DNA of 64,000 nucleotides from Spironucleus salmonicida (Eukaryota): NCBI RefSeq assembly GCF_000497125.1, contig NC_090599.1, positions 1,178,001 to 1,242,000 of the forward strand, read 5' to 3'. Shown piece by piece: positions 23,770 to 37,179 of this stretch (position 1 is its first letter; each line of letters starts with the position of its first letter). The notes under the pieces were generated by a model. It saw only the letters and a program-made list of their open reading frames with translations, ran no database searches and was not told where the DNA came from. The position numbers and the translations under genes were made by a program.

Positions 23770-25341
23770 TCACATAGAAAGTTTAAGAGCTTCCCTCATA
23801 AGTTAGTTTATATTAAACTATTTATTCTTCATAATAAGTTGGATTAGTTTTTCTGTAATTTTATTCCTCTTTTCTATTGTTGGAGACTTTTTTAATAAAT
23901 AATTTTTTAGTTTCAGTATGTCTATTAACAATATCTCTTATTCCATAGTTCCTGAAAAATGGTCTACTATTATATCTGATAACACATTAAATTAGTCTAT
24001 TTATTATTACTCATTAGAGATCGGAAATTTATCATTATAACCACCACATAATTCTGATAAAGAAGGTCTTTTTGTTGAAAAATAAGTTAATTAGTTAGAT
24101 ATACTGTCTTACTCTGTTTCAGATGTAGACTTCCATCCGAAAATTTTATTGATAAAAGTATTATTTTATTTTTAATTATCACAATAGTCACAACAAATAT
24201 CTGATTTTTATGTAATTTTTCCACTATTAAAATAATCCATTAATAATTATCTCCGACACTTATTAAAGTATGCAATTTTTAATAAATAGTAAAAGCTTTC
24301 TTTGGGTCCGTTTTCAGCAAGTTTTGTAATATTACTAAGTTAAAATTTAACATCATCCGTACTACTCAACACAATACTATAACATTATTTCTGATTTCGT
24401 CCACCTCTTCCACTTTCCTAATAAAACTATTCTGATGATTTAGGTATTCCAAAATGCACCACTAACCCTACTGATGGTTTATCAATACCTAATGAAAACG
24501 CAGTTGTGCATACAATAAGTTTAACTGTATTTTAGATCCAAGACTACAAGGTTTACTCCCTTTATTCTGGAGATAAACCTGCATGATAAGAATGAATATC
24601 TTAGATACTACACAAAGAACTTTAAATTGCATCAGTCTCTGATCGTGTTGGGGCATATATTAATATTGAATCATTATCAGGAGATGAAGCTAAAAAACTA
24701 GAAATTACATTTTTAAGAATTGCAAACTTATTATCAGTAAAATGAAACGAATAGTGTATATTTGGTCTATTGAATGAGGTGAAATAAATTTGTGGAGCCC
24801 CAAGATTAAGCTCTTTTATAATTTTTTAAGCTTATGTTGAAGTAACTGATGCTGTAAGAGCAAGTATTGGCTTATTAAATTTGCTAATAACATCTAGTTA
24901 TTTATAAGCCTTCCTGAAAGTATTCCCCCATTCAATAATTAAATGGCATTCGTCAACAACAAAAAATCCTAACCGGTTTGATACTTTAGTTAGAAAGTCT
25001 ATGCAGTGTTACTGCTATAAGAGTTCTGGTGTGGCAAATAGAAAACCAGCACTTTAAGGAACTGCAGAATAGAATTCGGTTATTCTACCGGCAACTAAAT
25101 TGTATTGGGTCAGTTATTAAATTTAATCTTATTATAATGATATTAATGGAGTTATTATAACAGCTAGCTAGTTCATTACTAGTGTAGGAACTTAATAAAT
25201 AAGAGACTTACCAGCAGCAGTTGGAAAAATACACATTGTTGAGTGTCCGTTAAGTATATTTTGTATTGGATCTACCTAGTGTGGTCTAAGCTGAAGTTTG
25301 CCTAACTTCTTAAGAGCATTTTTTATTTCTTAACTCCTCAT
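23770..25341 (-). CDS. RecQ-family DNA helicase (AT-rich paralog)
   Basis: FPTAAGKSLIYQVP, VVDECHLIIEWGNTFRKAY, SFNRPNI, QESGRGGR, Zn-binding CRR..CCDYC; 523 aa. Confidence 0.93.
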
Positions 25342-25416
25342 TTTACTCAATATTTCCTTAAGAATAATAACATGATAAAATATTTAGTACTTTCATTCCC
25401 TTTTCCACTTCTCAAT

Positions 25417-28155
25417 ATGTCAAAGTTTTCTCTAAGCACAACTGCTACACCTGCTACATCTACTACGACTACTACTTTATAACTCAAACAAAGCAGTAAC
25501 CCTCTCATCGAGGGTAAAGTATAGTTTAATTTGGATAGTACCAATAAAACTATTTCGAAAACTGAAGGACCAAATTAAGAAAGCATATTTAAGAAAGAAT
25601 TCTCCCTCTCAGCAAAACCTGAGCTTTAAGCTATCCCTTAATAACCTATTTAGTAGCCAGTTTAGTAAAATTTTTAACCTAAACCAGCATCTTAAAATGA
25701 AATTTAAAAATTATTGAATTCAGCTGAGAATTAAATTGAAATAACTAGAGACTAATGCAAAGAAGATAAAATAGAAGAATCTCAATATAAGGTTAACAGA
25801 TCAAAATATTTAAATTCAATTATTGGGAAAAACTTCCAAGAAGATAGAAAAGATTCACTTAATGAATAAATTTTCTCTCCAATGACCCTATTTAAATGGC
25901 AAGAAAAGAATATACAAAAATGTGAAGAAGAAAATAATAGCTTAGTCAATATAAATGTGCTTATGGAATTTGTCAAAAAATTAAGCAAAAAGCCAAATCA
26001 AAGATTAGATGTTTTCAAAAACATGCAAATAGATTTTCCATTTCCTATAAAATATGAGGATTTACCAGAAATAATAATTTCTGGGGACATTAACTCTGAG
26101 TTAGCAATGTTATAACTTGATTAAAATTTTATGGATTAGTGTAAAAATTCTTTTATTTAACTTTAAATCAATATACAAGAAGTGCTAAACAAGTTTACTG
26201 CTTAAAATTTAACATCTGCATCCGAATAAATTGTTTTAGCTATTTTAACCGCTAGACGTGATGATTTCATGATGAAAGTCCCCAAAGCAATATTATATTA
26301 TGTTCTCGATTAAATAATTTTAAAAGCTGGTTTAGAGAAGAATTTCATATAATTATACGTTGATTTAATCAACTAGATTCATAACAACTCTAATATAATT
26401 GAATTTATCATGGATATCGAACATGATTTCTAGATTTTCTAGGCGAAGATAACAGGAATGGCTAATATTACTGAATCCAAAGAAATTTAGTGGAAGTAAT
26501 AATATGCTGGCATAATATTCAAGTAACTTATAAAATTAAATATTGACTCCTAACTAAACGCATTTAGTCCTACAAGTAAGATCCTTAAAATTTTACCTTC
26601 TGATGTTTAAGAAACAATTACATATAAAAACGAATTATAACATCTGTATTTCATAAATTTGTATAAATTTATAGCATTATTGACAATTGAAGGTTCGGTT
26701 GACGCTGGTTTCGCAGAAACTATTTTCGAAACCTTAATAAACAAGGCATCTGTAGATGTGAAGTAAGTCAAGATGGTATGCGACTCAATTTTAGTTCTTC
26801 TTGGTGAAATAACTTGGTATATAGATCTACAATTTCTTGCAAAGTATCGGTATGCTTCTGGCCATACGGATGAAGCCAAATTTTTCGCTGATACTTATCT
26901 TGCTGACTCTGAATATCACTACGGATATCTTAGTGATTTCCTCAATGGAAAAGAGAAAGTTTTCGAGAAAGTTGATAAAAAGTTATTCGTCTTATTCAAC
27001 CTCAAGCAAAAAGTATATGCTCTTTATTTAGCCAAAATTTCTCAAATTAAGGTTAACGATGCACTTACAGCCTACAACATCCGCGAAGTCCAATACGGCC
27101 ACGATGAGAAGTTCGTTAAAACGAGTTTGCACCACACAAAATATCAAATCCAGAAGAAAAACATGAAACGCACTGTCCAAACGATTATTGTGAGCAACAC
27201 GCAGCGCAAACAAATCACGGTCACTCTGACGCCTGAAAACTGGTCCCGCTTCAGCGAAATTCTCGCTGAAGGCACCATGATGGAAGCTATCAAAGAGACA
27301 TTCCAACTAGACGATGCAGGTATCAAACTGGTCTCCTGGGCAGCTCCTTTGCAGCAGCTAACGCAATTCGTCCTCTCAGGGGCCTCCCAAATCACTCAGA
27401 ACGTCAAAAAACTCATCAAATTTTGCGACCATCAGCCCCAGCGCAAGGCCATGCAGCAAATCGTCCTCTCAGAGGCCGTGCAGAACGAAGAGCACCGGGA
27501 GCTCATCATTCAGGCGCTCGGAAACGGCTTCGTGAGCCTCGCGGATTACGTGAAATTCGTCGCGAATTTGACGCCTACAGAGCAGCTAAAGGCGTTCGTT
27601 AACGGTACTTTCGCGCAGCTGACGGCCGAGGACACTGAGGAGGACATTTCCAGCTACGAAATGTTCCTCCAAATCGCCAAAAAATGCGATTCGCGAGCGA
27701 TTTTTGACGGACTTTTGGCCATAAATGACGTCTCCGCGACGGTCGAAAACGCGTTTTTGCTGCTCAAAAAGCACAATTTGGAGGCACTTTTCGTGCATTA
27801 TTGCGCCAAAATCGACACAAATTCGTTGCTCGCTGAGCCGAACATTCAAGTTTACCTGTAGAATTCGGATTTTTATATTAATATTATATTAAAAATAAGC
27901 ATCGAAAATGTAGTTTTTATGTCAAAATTGGCTTCGATTTTGCTGCCTAAGTTTAGTGTTGTTTCGCAGGCCGCGCAGCTGTTTTGGCGTGAAAACTGCA
28001 ACTCTGACACCAGCATTGTCGAGTTTTTCGGTATCGTCATCGAAAACGGGCTCTGCAGCAAGTAAAATGTCGCTGACTGGTTCCGCGGGCTGCCTGCGTT
28101 CGGCCCGATGGCTGCGATACGCCAAAATGACGTTTTGAAGAAATTTTTGGAGTGA
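25417..28155 (+). CDS. MIF4G-domain protein with a possible C-terminal W2-like domain (eIF4G-like)
   Basis: IQEVLNKFTAQNL..IILKAGLEKNFIQLYVDLI; C-terminus IVEFFGIVIENGLCSKQNVADWF..KKFLE; 912 aa in one frame. Confidence 0.6.
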
Positions 28156-28351
28156 AAAATGCTATTTAATATATAATAATACATTTATATCTTTCGTAGT
28201 TTATGAAATGGCGTAGTATGTATAAAATATGTAACATATTATTATATATTTATAGTAAGATTATATATTTTTGTGTAGAAAAGTATGATTAACGCAATAA
28301 GCTTGTAGACGATTTATTAAGCCAATATGAGGTAAGTTATATATATTAGGT

Positions 28352-29383
28352 TCAGTTAGTAAATTAAAACAGTATGTAGATTATATTCCAAGCTGGATAA
28401 GGCTACATAGCAATATCTAGACGAAGTACTAGACTTATTAGATAAGTGACCAATTTGTAAATGTCACTGATAGCATCAATACCATACCAGCTGCACCCGA
28501 AGTCCTCGCCCATGAGGTCCATCCGCTCGCGCAGGTCCTCGTCGTCCCAGGCTGCCAGCAGGCCCGTCAGGCACCCGCCCAGGTCCAGGTAGTCCTCGGC
28601 GGACAGGTGTGCGATGCAGGCCCGCAGGCAGTCCAGGAAGGCCGCACGCCGCTCGAAGGATGCGCAGAGGGGGACCATCTCGCCGCACCGGGCGACGAAG
28701 AAGGCGGCCATGTCCGGCGCGAAGGCCAGCTCCTCCGCCACCTGCAGCACGGCGTCGCAGCTGGCGTGGGACACGGGCAGGCAGGCTAGGAGCTCCGGGA
28801 GCAGGGAGGGGTCCGCGCCCGCAGCGGCCACGAGGCCCTCCGCCGCCATCTGCTGGGCGTCCGGGTCCTGCAGCAAGCCCGCCAGCAGCCGCACGCCCGG
28901 CGCGCTGTGGTGGCCCAGGTAGCGCAGGCCCCAGGCGAGGTAGGACGCGGGGGTGCGCGGGCCCTGGCCCCAGAAGGCGCAGCCGCAGAGGTGGTCCAGC
29001 AGCTGTCCCGCGGCACCACGCAGGGGCGCCCCCGGGGGGTCGTGCTGCACCGCGCGCGCCAGCTGGCAGCCGAACTGGGCCGCGGCGGCGTGGTGCTCCA
29101 TCGTGCGCTGCAGGACCGCCGCCACGCGCCGCACGTCCAGGAGCCGCAGCACCTCGGGGTCGCTGGAGAAGGCGTTGGTGACCACCTGGAGCTGCAGCGG
29201 CGCGTAGGGGATGCCGAAGTCCGCGGCGAGGGCCTGCACCTGCGGGAGGTACTGGGCCGCGAAGGGCGAGGCGGAGGCGAAGAGGTCCGAGAGCCGCAGC
29301 AGGTGGTTCTGGTCCCCGGCCGGGGTGCAGGGGGTGCGGCTGCCCTGGAGTCGGGGCAAGCGGAGGCGCCGGTACAGCTGCAT
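28352..29383 (-). CDS. Second copy of the arm-A helical protein, with a different C-terminus
   Basis: Identical except R-A-M versus R-T-M up to GEDFG; then diverges (CSWYGIDAISD...) and reads through the TAG at 28403 to TGA at 28352. Confidence 0.6.
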
Positions 29384-29686
29384 TCGGAGCGGTCACAGCT
29401 CGTTGATACCGACCAGGAAGTCCAGCCGCTGGATCATGCGCTTCACCTTCAGGTCGATCTGGTGGGAGCGCTCGGCGAGGTCGGCCACGCGCGCGAGCAG
29501 CTTCTTGGCGGCGGTCTTCTGGCAGGTGATCCTCACGCGCAGGCTGCTGGTGGGGAGCGGGCGTGCCTGCTGGCGGAGGAAGTTGCGGTGCACGACGGGG
29601 TCATGGGCCGGGGAGGCGAGGCGGATCTGGCGCAGCAGCTGGGGCACGCAGCGCGCCCCCGCGTCGTTCAGGCCGAGCATTTCTTT
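28477..29686 (-). repeat. GC-rich inverted repeat A, right arm
   Basis: Reverse complement of 22307-23517. Confidence 0.97.
29393..29680 (-). CDS. Second copy of the arm-A 95-aa protein
   Basis: Two substitutions relative to the left copy (PAQD/PAHD, FLHQ/FLRQ). Confidence 0.6.
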   Translation of the reverse strand: MLGLNDAGARCVPQLLRQIRLASPAHDPVVHRNFLRQQARPLPTSSLRVRITCQKTAAKKLLARVADLAERSHQIDLKVKRMIQRLDFLVGINEL

Positions 29687-29784
29687 ACCCAATGAATATT
29701 ATACATGTTACTGAATATAATTTCAAATAATCACTAACGTTGTAATATAAATTATCGAATTATCTGATGAAAAATTAAAAACCC

Positions 29785-31713
29785 TCACAATTCGCTGCCT
29801 AATACATCAACTATCTTCTTCTTAAGTTTTTCTATTTCAGCTATAGCATATTCAAGACCGTGCTCGTTAGAGTCAATAAACTTCATTCTATAAAGTTCTG
29901 TTATAATATCTTAAGCATCTGTCTTTAATGTATTGAAGTCAGCACCTTTTTCTATTTTTTGATATGCTAATTCGTAGAATACTACTAAATTACCCATCAT
30001 TCCACATGTCTTCTCAAAAGGACAATATTTATCATAGCTAGAAAATGAATTTTATTGCAAAAATCCTTCCTTGACAATTCTACATGTTTCTAGAATAAGC
30101 TTTTCTTATCCGCCTAATGAGTCAAAACCAACAAGCTGTGCAGTCTCCTAAAGTGAAATTTCATCCTATAATAATTTTTATAATATTTCTCTTTATCTTA
30201 AAAATTCAGGGCTAAACCATTTGCTTAATCCATCAATACATCTGGAATATGATAATGTCCAGTCTACTGAGGGGAAATGTTTTCTCTTAGCAAGATTCTT
30301 GGAGAGAGCCCAGAAAACAGCTACTATCTGTAAAGTATTAACAGCAACAGCGTCTGAGAAATCACCACCTTAAGGAGAAACAGCACCAATAATAGTAATA
30401 GAACCTTCACGTTTTTAACCTAAACAAATTACACGACCTGCTCTTTCATAAAATTAAGACAATCTAGACGAAAGATACGAAGGATAACCACCTTCTGAAG
30501 GTAACTCGGCTAAACGACCAGAGATTTCACGTAAGGCTTCAGCCCAACGAGAAGTTGAATCAGCAAGAAGAGAAACGTGATATCCCATATCACGGAAATA
30601 TTCAGAAATAGTAATACCTGTATAAATTGAAGCTTCACGAGCTGCCACTGGCATATTAGAAGTATTAGCAATTAAAACTGTACGATCCATAATTGAAGCA
30701 GAAGATTTTTCAATCTTTAAATCTTTACCACATTTCATACATTTTTCATCCCCATGAACACGCTTTTCTACGCCACATGCTATACAAGTTCCTATTTCTA
30801 CTTCGACGTCCATCTCGGGAAATTCAGTAAGAACTTCAGCCATTTCATTACCACGTTCTCCACAACCAATATAAACAATGACATCAGAGTTAGAAAACTT
30901 AGAAACAGCTTAGGAAATAACAGTCTTACCACAACCAAAAGCACCTGGAATAGCAGCTGTAGAACCTTAGGCGACAGGGAATATGCCATCTAAAACACGT
31001 TGACCAGTGATTAAAGGGCAAGCGGCAGGAAGTTTTTAAGCATATCCAGCAGGCGAACGAACTGGATGTTTATGAGATAAAGTATATTAAATTGTTTGAT
31101 TTTAATATTTTATTTCAAGAACAACCGCGTCAATGTTGTACAAACCAGATTCTGCAACAAAAGTAACTGTGCCACCTGGGCAAATAACTTCTTTCTTAGT
31201 TTCCTTATCAATACCATATGAAGGCACAAATAATCTGCACTCTAAGAGTTTGTTTTCCTATACTGCACCATAGAAGTCACCTTATGAAATAACGTTACCA
31301 ACTTTTACATTATAACGAGAAAGGTCTACATACCATTTCTTATTTGCATTTAATGCACGAGCCTCAACACCACGCGGGATGAAAGTATCAGATCTCTCAT
31401 GCAAAGGACGCTTAGCTTACATTACTGCAATATCAACTAAGGGACGTTGAATACCATCATAGATTGTTGTAAGCAAACCTGGTCCCAACTCAACAGATAA
31501 AAGTTTAGCTGATCTGTAAACTGGTTGGCCTACACGCAAACCGGAAGTTTCTTCATAAACTTATATAACTGCTTAATCTGCAGAAAGTTAGATGATTTCA
31601 CCAATTAAGCGGAGATCACCTACATAGACTACCTCATAAAGGAAAGCTCCTAAAAGGTTGTTGGCACGAACGACTGGTCCTGAAACTGAAATAACAGTAG
31701 AGTTAGTATTCAT
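29785..31713 (-). CDS. VMA1: V-type ATPase catalytic subunit A, with a CxxC-CxxC insertion
   Basis: [73 protein letters not shown]; 642 aa. Confidence 0.97.
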
Positions 31714-31845
31714 CTTTGGGATTTGATGGAGATGGAGTGGATAGTTTAGGTATTATTATATAATAATTATGTAATAATTATGATAATATAGTATTATTAT
31801 ATATTAGTAATAATGATTTTTTAACCGCTTCAATTTTATTAACAA

Positions 31846-32685
31846 ATGGACGAGGAAGCAAAATAAATCCAATCATAAATTAATGAATGTATCGCCCACG
31901 GTGCTTATGACCAAGCCGATGAGCTCAAAAAGTAATTACAATATCTCAAAACTCAAGTTAAAAACGAAATAACGAGCATTCTACTTGCAGATCATGAGAC
32001 TCAAATAGCCGCTATAAACCAAGCCTACAATGAGGAAGTACAATCATTTAACGACATCTGGAACACGCGCATTGACGAGTTTAATGCCCAATCCTCTCTC
32101 AAGCTGGAAAACCTGAAAGAGGAATTATAACAGGCATTATTATATTTAGAGTAGCAATTTTAGCAGAAACCACTCCGTTTTTCCTCAAATCTGTTGACGC
32201 TGCGCGCGTCGGAGCTGAAGCTTGCCAAATCGGGTGATTTCCGCTCGGCGAAAGCCCTGCAGACCGAGGCCGACAAACTTGAAATGCAGGAGCGCAACAA
32301 CTACTTTTCGCGGCAGCAGTTCGAGCGCGAGAGCCAGCGGCTGAAGCTGGTGCAGAAGTTCGAGCGGAGCGGGAAGGTCCTGCGACAGAAAGTCGAACGC
32401 GCACGCGACGAGATTCTTAGCTGCTGGGCCGGCGATATGGACCGCATCGAGAAGCACTGGCAGGCCATGCTGCGCATGGAGGGCCAGAAGTTCGGGGAGA
32501 GCCGGAGCGTGAAAATCGCCGTCAGCAGCAGCGGCAGCAGACCAGCGCGGGGCGAGGGAAAGATCCGCGCCTACATCGAGAACGCGGGATACTTCGTGGA
32601 CAGCGGGGCGCTTGGGAGCAGCATGAGCCCCGTCTTGAGCGGCAGCCACGCGCTGGGGGCCCTGCGGGCGAGCGGGGGGCTATGA
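31846..32685 (+). CDS. Coiled-coil protein of a flagellate-type family
   Basis: FNDIWNTRIDEF..RFSSNLLTLRASELKLAKSGDFRSAKALQTEADKLE; 279 aa. Family assignment is from memory. Confidence 0.65.
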
Positions 32686-33766
32686 GTGAGCGCGGTGTGG
32701 CTGATTGACGCAATTGTAAAGTGAGTGTATTATCAATTTATTGTAAAATTAAACTAAAATGGAGTAAGAAGTGTTGAATTTCATAATATGTCGTTAGTTA
32801 GACAGAATTAGCTATTATTGAATTAAAAAATTAAATGTTAGCTATATGGTGAGCTAGTATAGAGTTTTATTAATAATTGGTGTTAATGATTTTTAATAGC
32901 ACTATTGTGTAAATCTCAAGTTTAATTGGATTATACTATCTAAGGTTTGATAAATTGGTGATGATTCTAATTAAAAGCAGATTCTATCAGTATACGCATA
33001 ATTTTTTCTAATGATTACTTTCTAGTATCAGATTATACGTATATATAACCTAATTATGTGGTTATGAGTTAGTTTTTTCATTAAAATAAAAAGCAGATAA
33101 AACGTTATGGTAAAATTTCAATAAATAGTAGTGTACAGATGAGTATTATGCATACAATACTCAAATGGATAAAATTTGTTATTACAATGTATACCAAAGA
33201 GAATTTATGCAGTACTTGCTCTTTATTTTAAAATCAATGATCTTAATATATATTTTTTAATTATATCAACTATAATTTGTTGATAAAATATTTCTGTATG
33301 CTATATTTCTTAATTTAGTTATATAACATAAATTCTAATAGTTGAAATTCGTTTTTGTAATCATATAATAAAAATAAAAATATTGAATGTTCGTAAGACC
33401 AGTATAATAGCTTAAAGCATTTAACTATCATACCAAATTGGTTTATACATAATAAGTATAAAATGTAAAGTTATAGTTATACTAAACCGTCCTAGTTTAA
33501 TTATTATTAAAAATAAACAAATGTCTTTATAGCTGATAAGAAATAATATTATTAATACATATATATAATTTAATATTTAATAATGACAAAACAAAAAAAA
33601 TATTAAATTATAGTTATAATTCTATTTTCGTAATATTTTCCACAAACTTCAAGTTTACTATATCACCTTCATTCTGACTTATTTATATTAATAATAAGAT
33701 TGTATGTTATTCAGGATAATAATTATATATAATATAAACCTTAATCCTCCTTACTCCACTTCGACA

Positions 33767-34123
33767 ATGTTTAGACCTAGAAATATTCATAAGGATAAAA
33801 TGTATTATAAGGCATTCAAAAGTGTGTTATCAGAGTATGGCTATATTGCAATTAGCCCATCCCATTCAGTTGCTATCTATGAAGATCTACTAAAATTTCG
33901 CTTGACTGATAGGTCACATTGCTTTATGATTAAAGTAGCAAAAATTTATAATCAAACTGAAAAAATTATAACTAATTATGGAGCAGCTTAATATTATTAT
34001 AAAACATTCCATCGTCACTTGATTAATTATAATGGGGAAGGAGTTCACGTTGTCCAAAGTCATGAAGCACTAGATTTTGATACTGAGTTCTCCTTTTACT
34101 AAGAGAATAGTATGTTTGAATGA
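33767..34123 (+). CDS. Small hypothetical protein (possibly a divergent Myb/SANT-like fold)
   Basis: 118 aa with TAR=Gln; strong C-rich motif tcctccttactccacttc upstream. Confidence 0.55.
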
Positions 34124-34352
34124 AATTTGTTTATTATTATTTTTGTTTTACTTAATATTATTAATCTATTATGATATTATAGTGATTATGCTAATTAATA
34201 ACCATTAAATTGCAAATAATTAAAGTATAATTAAAAAATCATTTAAAGTATTAAATTTCAATATACTTTAAATAAATAACCTAGTGCAGCTTTTTTGATA
34301 AAATATATGTTTATATAATTAATATCTATATAACCAGTAAGTTTATATATAT

Positions 34353-35024
34353 TCATTAAATAATCACATTAGTTGGTACTTTTTAAAATATTATCTATGT
34401 ATGCGTAAGTCCTTAATCAATTTTCTAAGTTGTGATGCATATTTCTTGATTATTTAAAAACATTTGCTGATTTACTACATCCATGAATCTTTAATTATAA
34501 TCAAAATCATGTACATCTCCAAGATTTACATTTTTTAGTAATTTAATTTACCATGAATAGAGTTCACAATCTGAAATATCTTCATCTTCTTGTTGAATTA
34601 AAAAATTATCGACTTTAAAATTGAAGTTTTCATTTTATTATTAATAATACCTCCGAAAATCATCTAATTCGTCTCCATAGTATGAATTATTGAATCTATA
34701 CTTACATAAAGTCGATATTTTTTCTCCAAAAAAAATGTATAATGCTTCTACAGCATCACGATAGTATTTATATAAAGATGCAGTTTTACATATCTATAAA
34801 AAGTAGTATATATTTATTTCTACTGGAATATTAAAAAGAAGATAATTAAGGAATTCTTAAGGTTAAGGTATTTGAAATTCTAGCTAGATAAAATTCACCA
34901 TTGCAGCACGTGAAAATGATTCTTTATTCTTGAATATTGTATAAAAATAAGCACGATCAAAATAAAATTTCTATAAATCCTCTAAGTTATAACATTATTA
35001 TATTGATGAACTTTTAATTCCCAT
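34353..35024 (-). CDS. Hypothetical protein with an MGxxxS myristoylation-like N-terminus
   Basis: MGIKSSSIYN...; 223 aa open with TAR=Gln. Confidence 0.55.
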
Positions 35025-35054
35025 TTTATGACTAATATATAATTATATATAAAT

Positions 35055-36632
35055 TCATTTACTCAATTTTTTATTAAAGAATTTAATGTCACGAATAAGA
35101 GTTATCACTGATAACACCAATCCTATGAATAACATAAAAATCCAAAACCAAATTGATCCACTTTAATCATTAGGCCAGTTCATAGTAAATAACCCACTTA
35201 CTGGAGGCAGTGCAAATTATCCTACACTTTAAAAAATACCTGAAATAGCATATCCTGTATCAAATTATTATTATTTAATAACATTTGTTATTAAACTACG
35301 TCCAACAACTGATGCACCCCCATCTAATATTCCAATAATGAAAATAGAAATATGTGGTGACATTTATGGCGAGAAAAATAAAAATCCAAATGATATTATT
35401 CCTATTAAGCTTAAAATAACTTAGAATAATGGTCTTCTACCACAAAAATAAATTAGTACTGAGAAAATTGGTCCTCCTAACATAGCTGATACTGATATTG
35501 TGATTCCAGTTTAACTTGCTAGGTCTAATCCTCCATGTAAAGTTATATAGGATAGTATTATTGTTTAAGACCCATAACATACTGAGATTAATAAACAATA
35601 ACTAAAATTTATTATCCAAAAATCTAGCGGTAGATTAAAATATTTTTAAATTTTAAATCTATTATTTATATTATTAGGTTACAAAGTATCATATTAAAGT
35701 TATTTAATTACAGCTAATATTTAATTTTATTTTGAGATTACACTGTTATCATTATCAGAGCATAAAAATGAATCGGCAGTTAAACTATTGTCAGGATAGT
35801 ACTAAATTTTCAATTATTTATGATCTTCTTTTAATTTTTTCTCATCACGAATTAAGAATATAGAAGATAAAACATAAAAGGAGATACATATTAATGTAAT
35901 ATAAAAGTTTAACCAAAAAGTTAGACAATATTTTTAAATATATTATGATTAATTATGCTAGTAATCTTACTCGCTCATTATTATTGGAACAAACACGAAA
36001 CTAATTAATGATGCTAAAGCAGTGACACTAGATACGATTCCGAAGCTTATTGCAATTTTATTTGGCTAAATATATTTCATAATAATTGAAGATTAGATCA
36101 AAAATGTTGTTTCTTAAAATATTCCTGCTAATATTCTAGTTATAATTATGCCAATATAATTTTAGGAAAATATCCCCATAGGTATGGTAATTATTAGTAC
36201 AAATAAGTTCATATAAAATCCAGCTAAAATTGGTCCAAATTTATCAATAATAGGAAGACAGATTAATGGCATAAATAAGGATGGCAAAAATATGACAGAA
36301 GATAACATGCCTAATTAGGATAATGAGATATCTAATACAGTTTGTACATAGTCTTATTACGCGGCTAACGAATCTGCTATATATAATTCTGGAAAGCTTA
36401 CTAAGCTCGATGATATTAATGCCATAATCATTATAAAAGTTCTTGATATACCTTAGTTTTATTAAACAGAATTTCTATAACAGAAAGAATGTTTAGTGAC
36501 AAAGCTTCTTAAAGTTTTTTAGTCATAACCGTAATTTTATGAAATCTTAAGTCTTAACTATTATTATTTTATAAATGTATTTCTTTCCAATTCTAGGAAG
36601 CTTTCTATCTCTAAGCTTCTAGAGCTTTTCAT
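35055..36632 (-). CDS. Major facilitator superfamily transporter
   Basis: Many transmembrane segments, PIIDKFGP and FCGRRP loop motifs; 525 aa. Confidence 0.85.
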
Positions 36633-36922
36633 TTTTATCTAATAATATTATAATAATTGATATTAAATATATAAAATAGATACAACGAAAATTTTATATG
36701 TCATAATATTTAGTATACATAATAATCTTGGTTATTTTAAATAATAAATAATTAAGTAAGAATAATTAGTAGATAATTAGAAAATTCGACAATATTCGTA
36801 TAAGAATAACAATCTATAAATATTTTTAAAATAATTATATCTTAATTACTAGAAATATGGGCACTTGTAGATACATATATTTATACAACATAAATATTAG
36901 CACATAATTGAATAAATTTCTA

Positions 36923-37176
36923 TTGCGCAGTCGCAGAAGGTCGTGAAGATCACGTTCTTCCTGCGACAGGGCGTTCTGTGGGACTTCCAGAAGATCTTCA
37001 AGCGCATCCGGTTCCTCATCATGAAGACCGAGCGGGCCGAGGACATCGGCGTCGAGGAGGTACTGATTCTACGGAGCGAGAGTTACGTCGACGAGGAGAG
37101 CGGCGTAACCGTGAACAACCACAGCTTCGTCGTGAAGGAGCGGCTGTTCGAGAGCAGCGACAGGGGCGCAGAGTGA
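36923..37176 (+). pseudogene. 5'-truncated copy of the C-terminal (KA1-like) end of the kinase at 46020-48179
   Basis: AQSQKVVKITFFLRQGVLWDFQKIFKRI... with no upstream kinase domain. Confidence 0.8.
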
Positions 37177-37179
37177 GGG

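Noticed and set aside
30700-30810. VMA1-type intein in V-ATPase A
   Set aside because: The insert is only about 25 aa, is not at the GCGER site and lacks intein terminal motifs.
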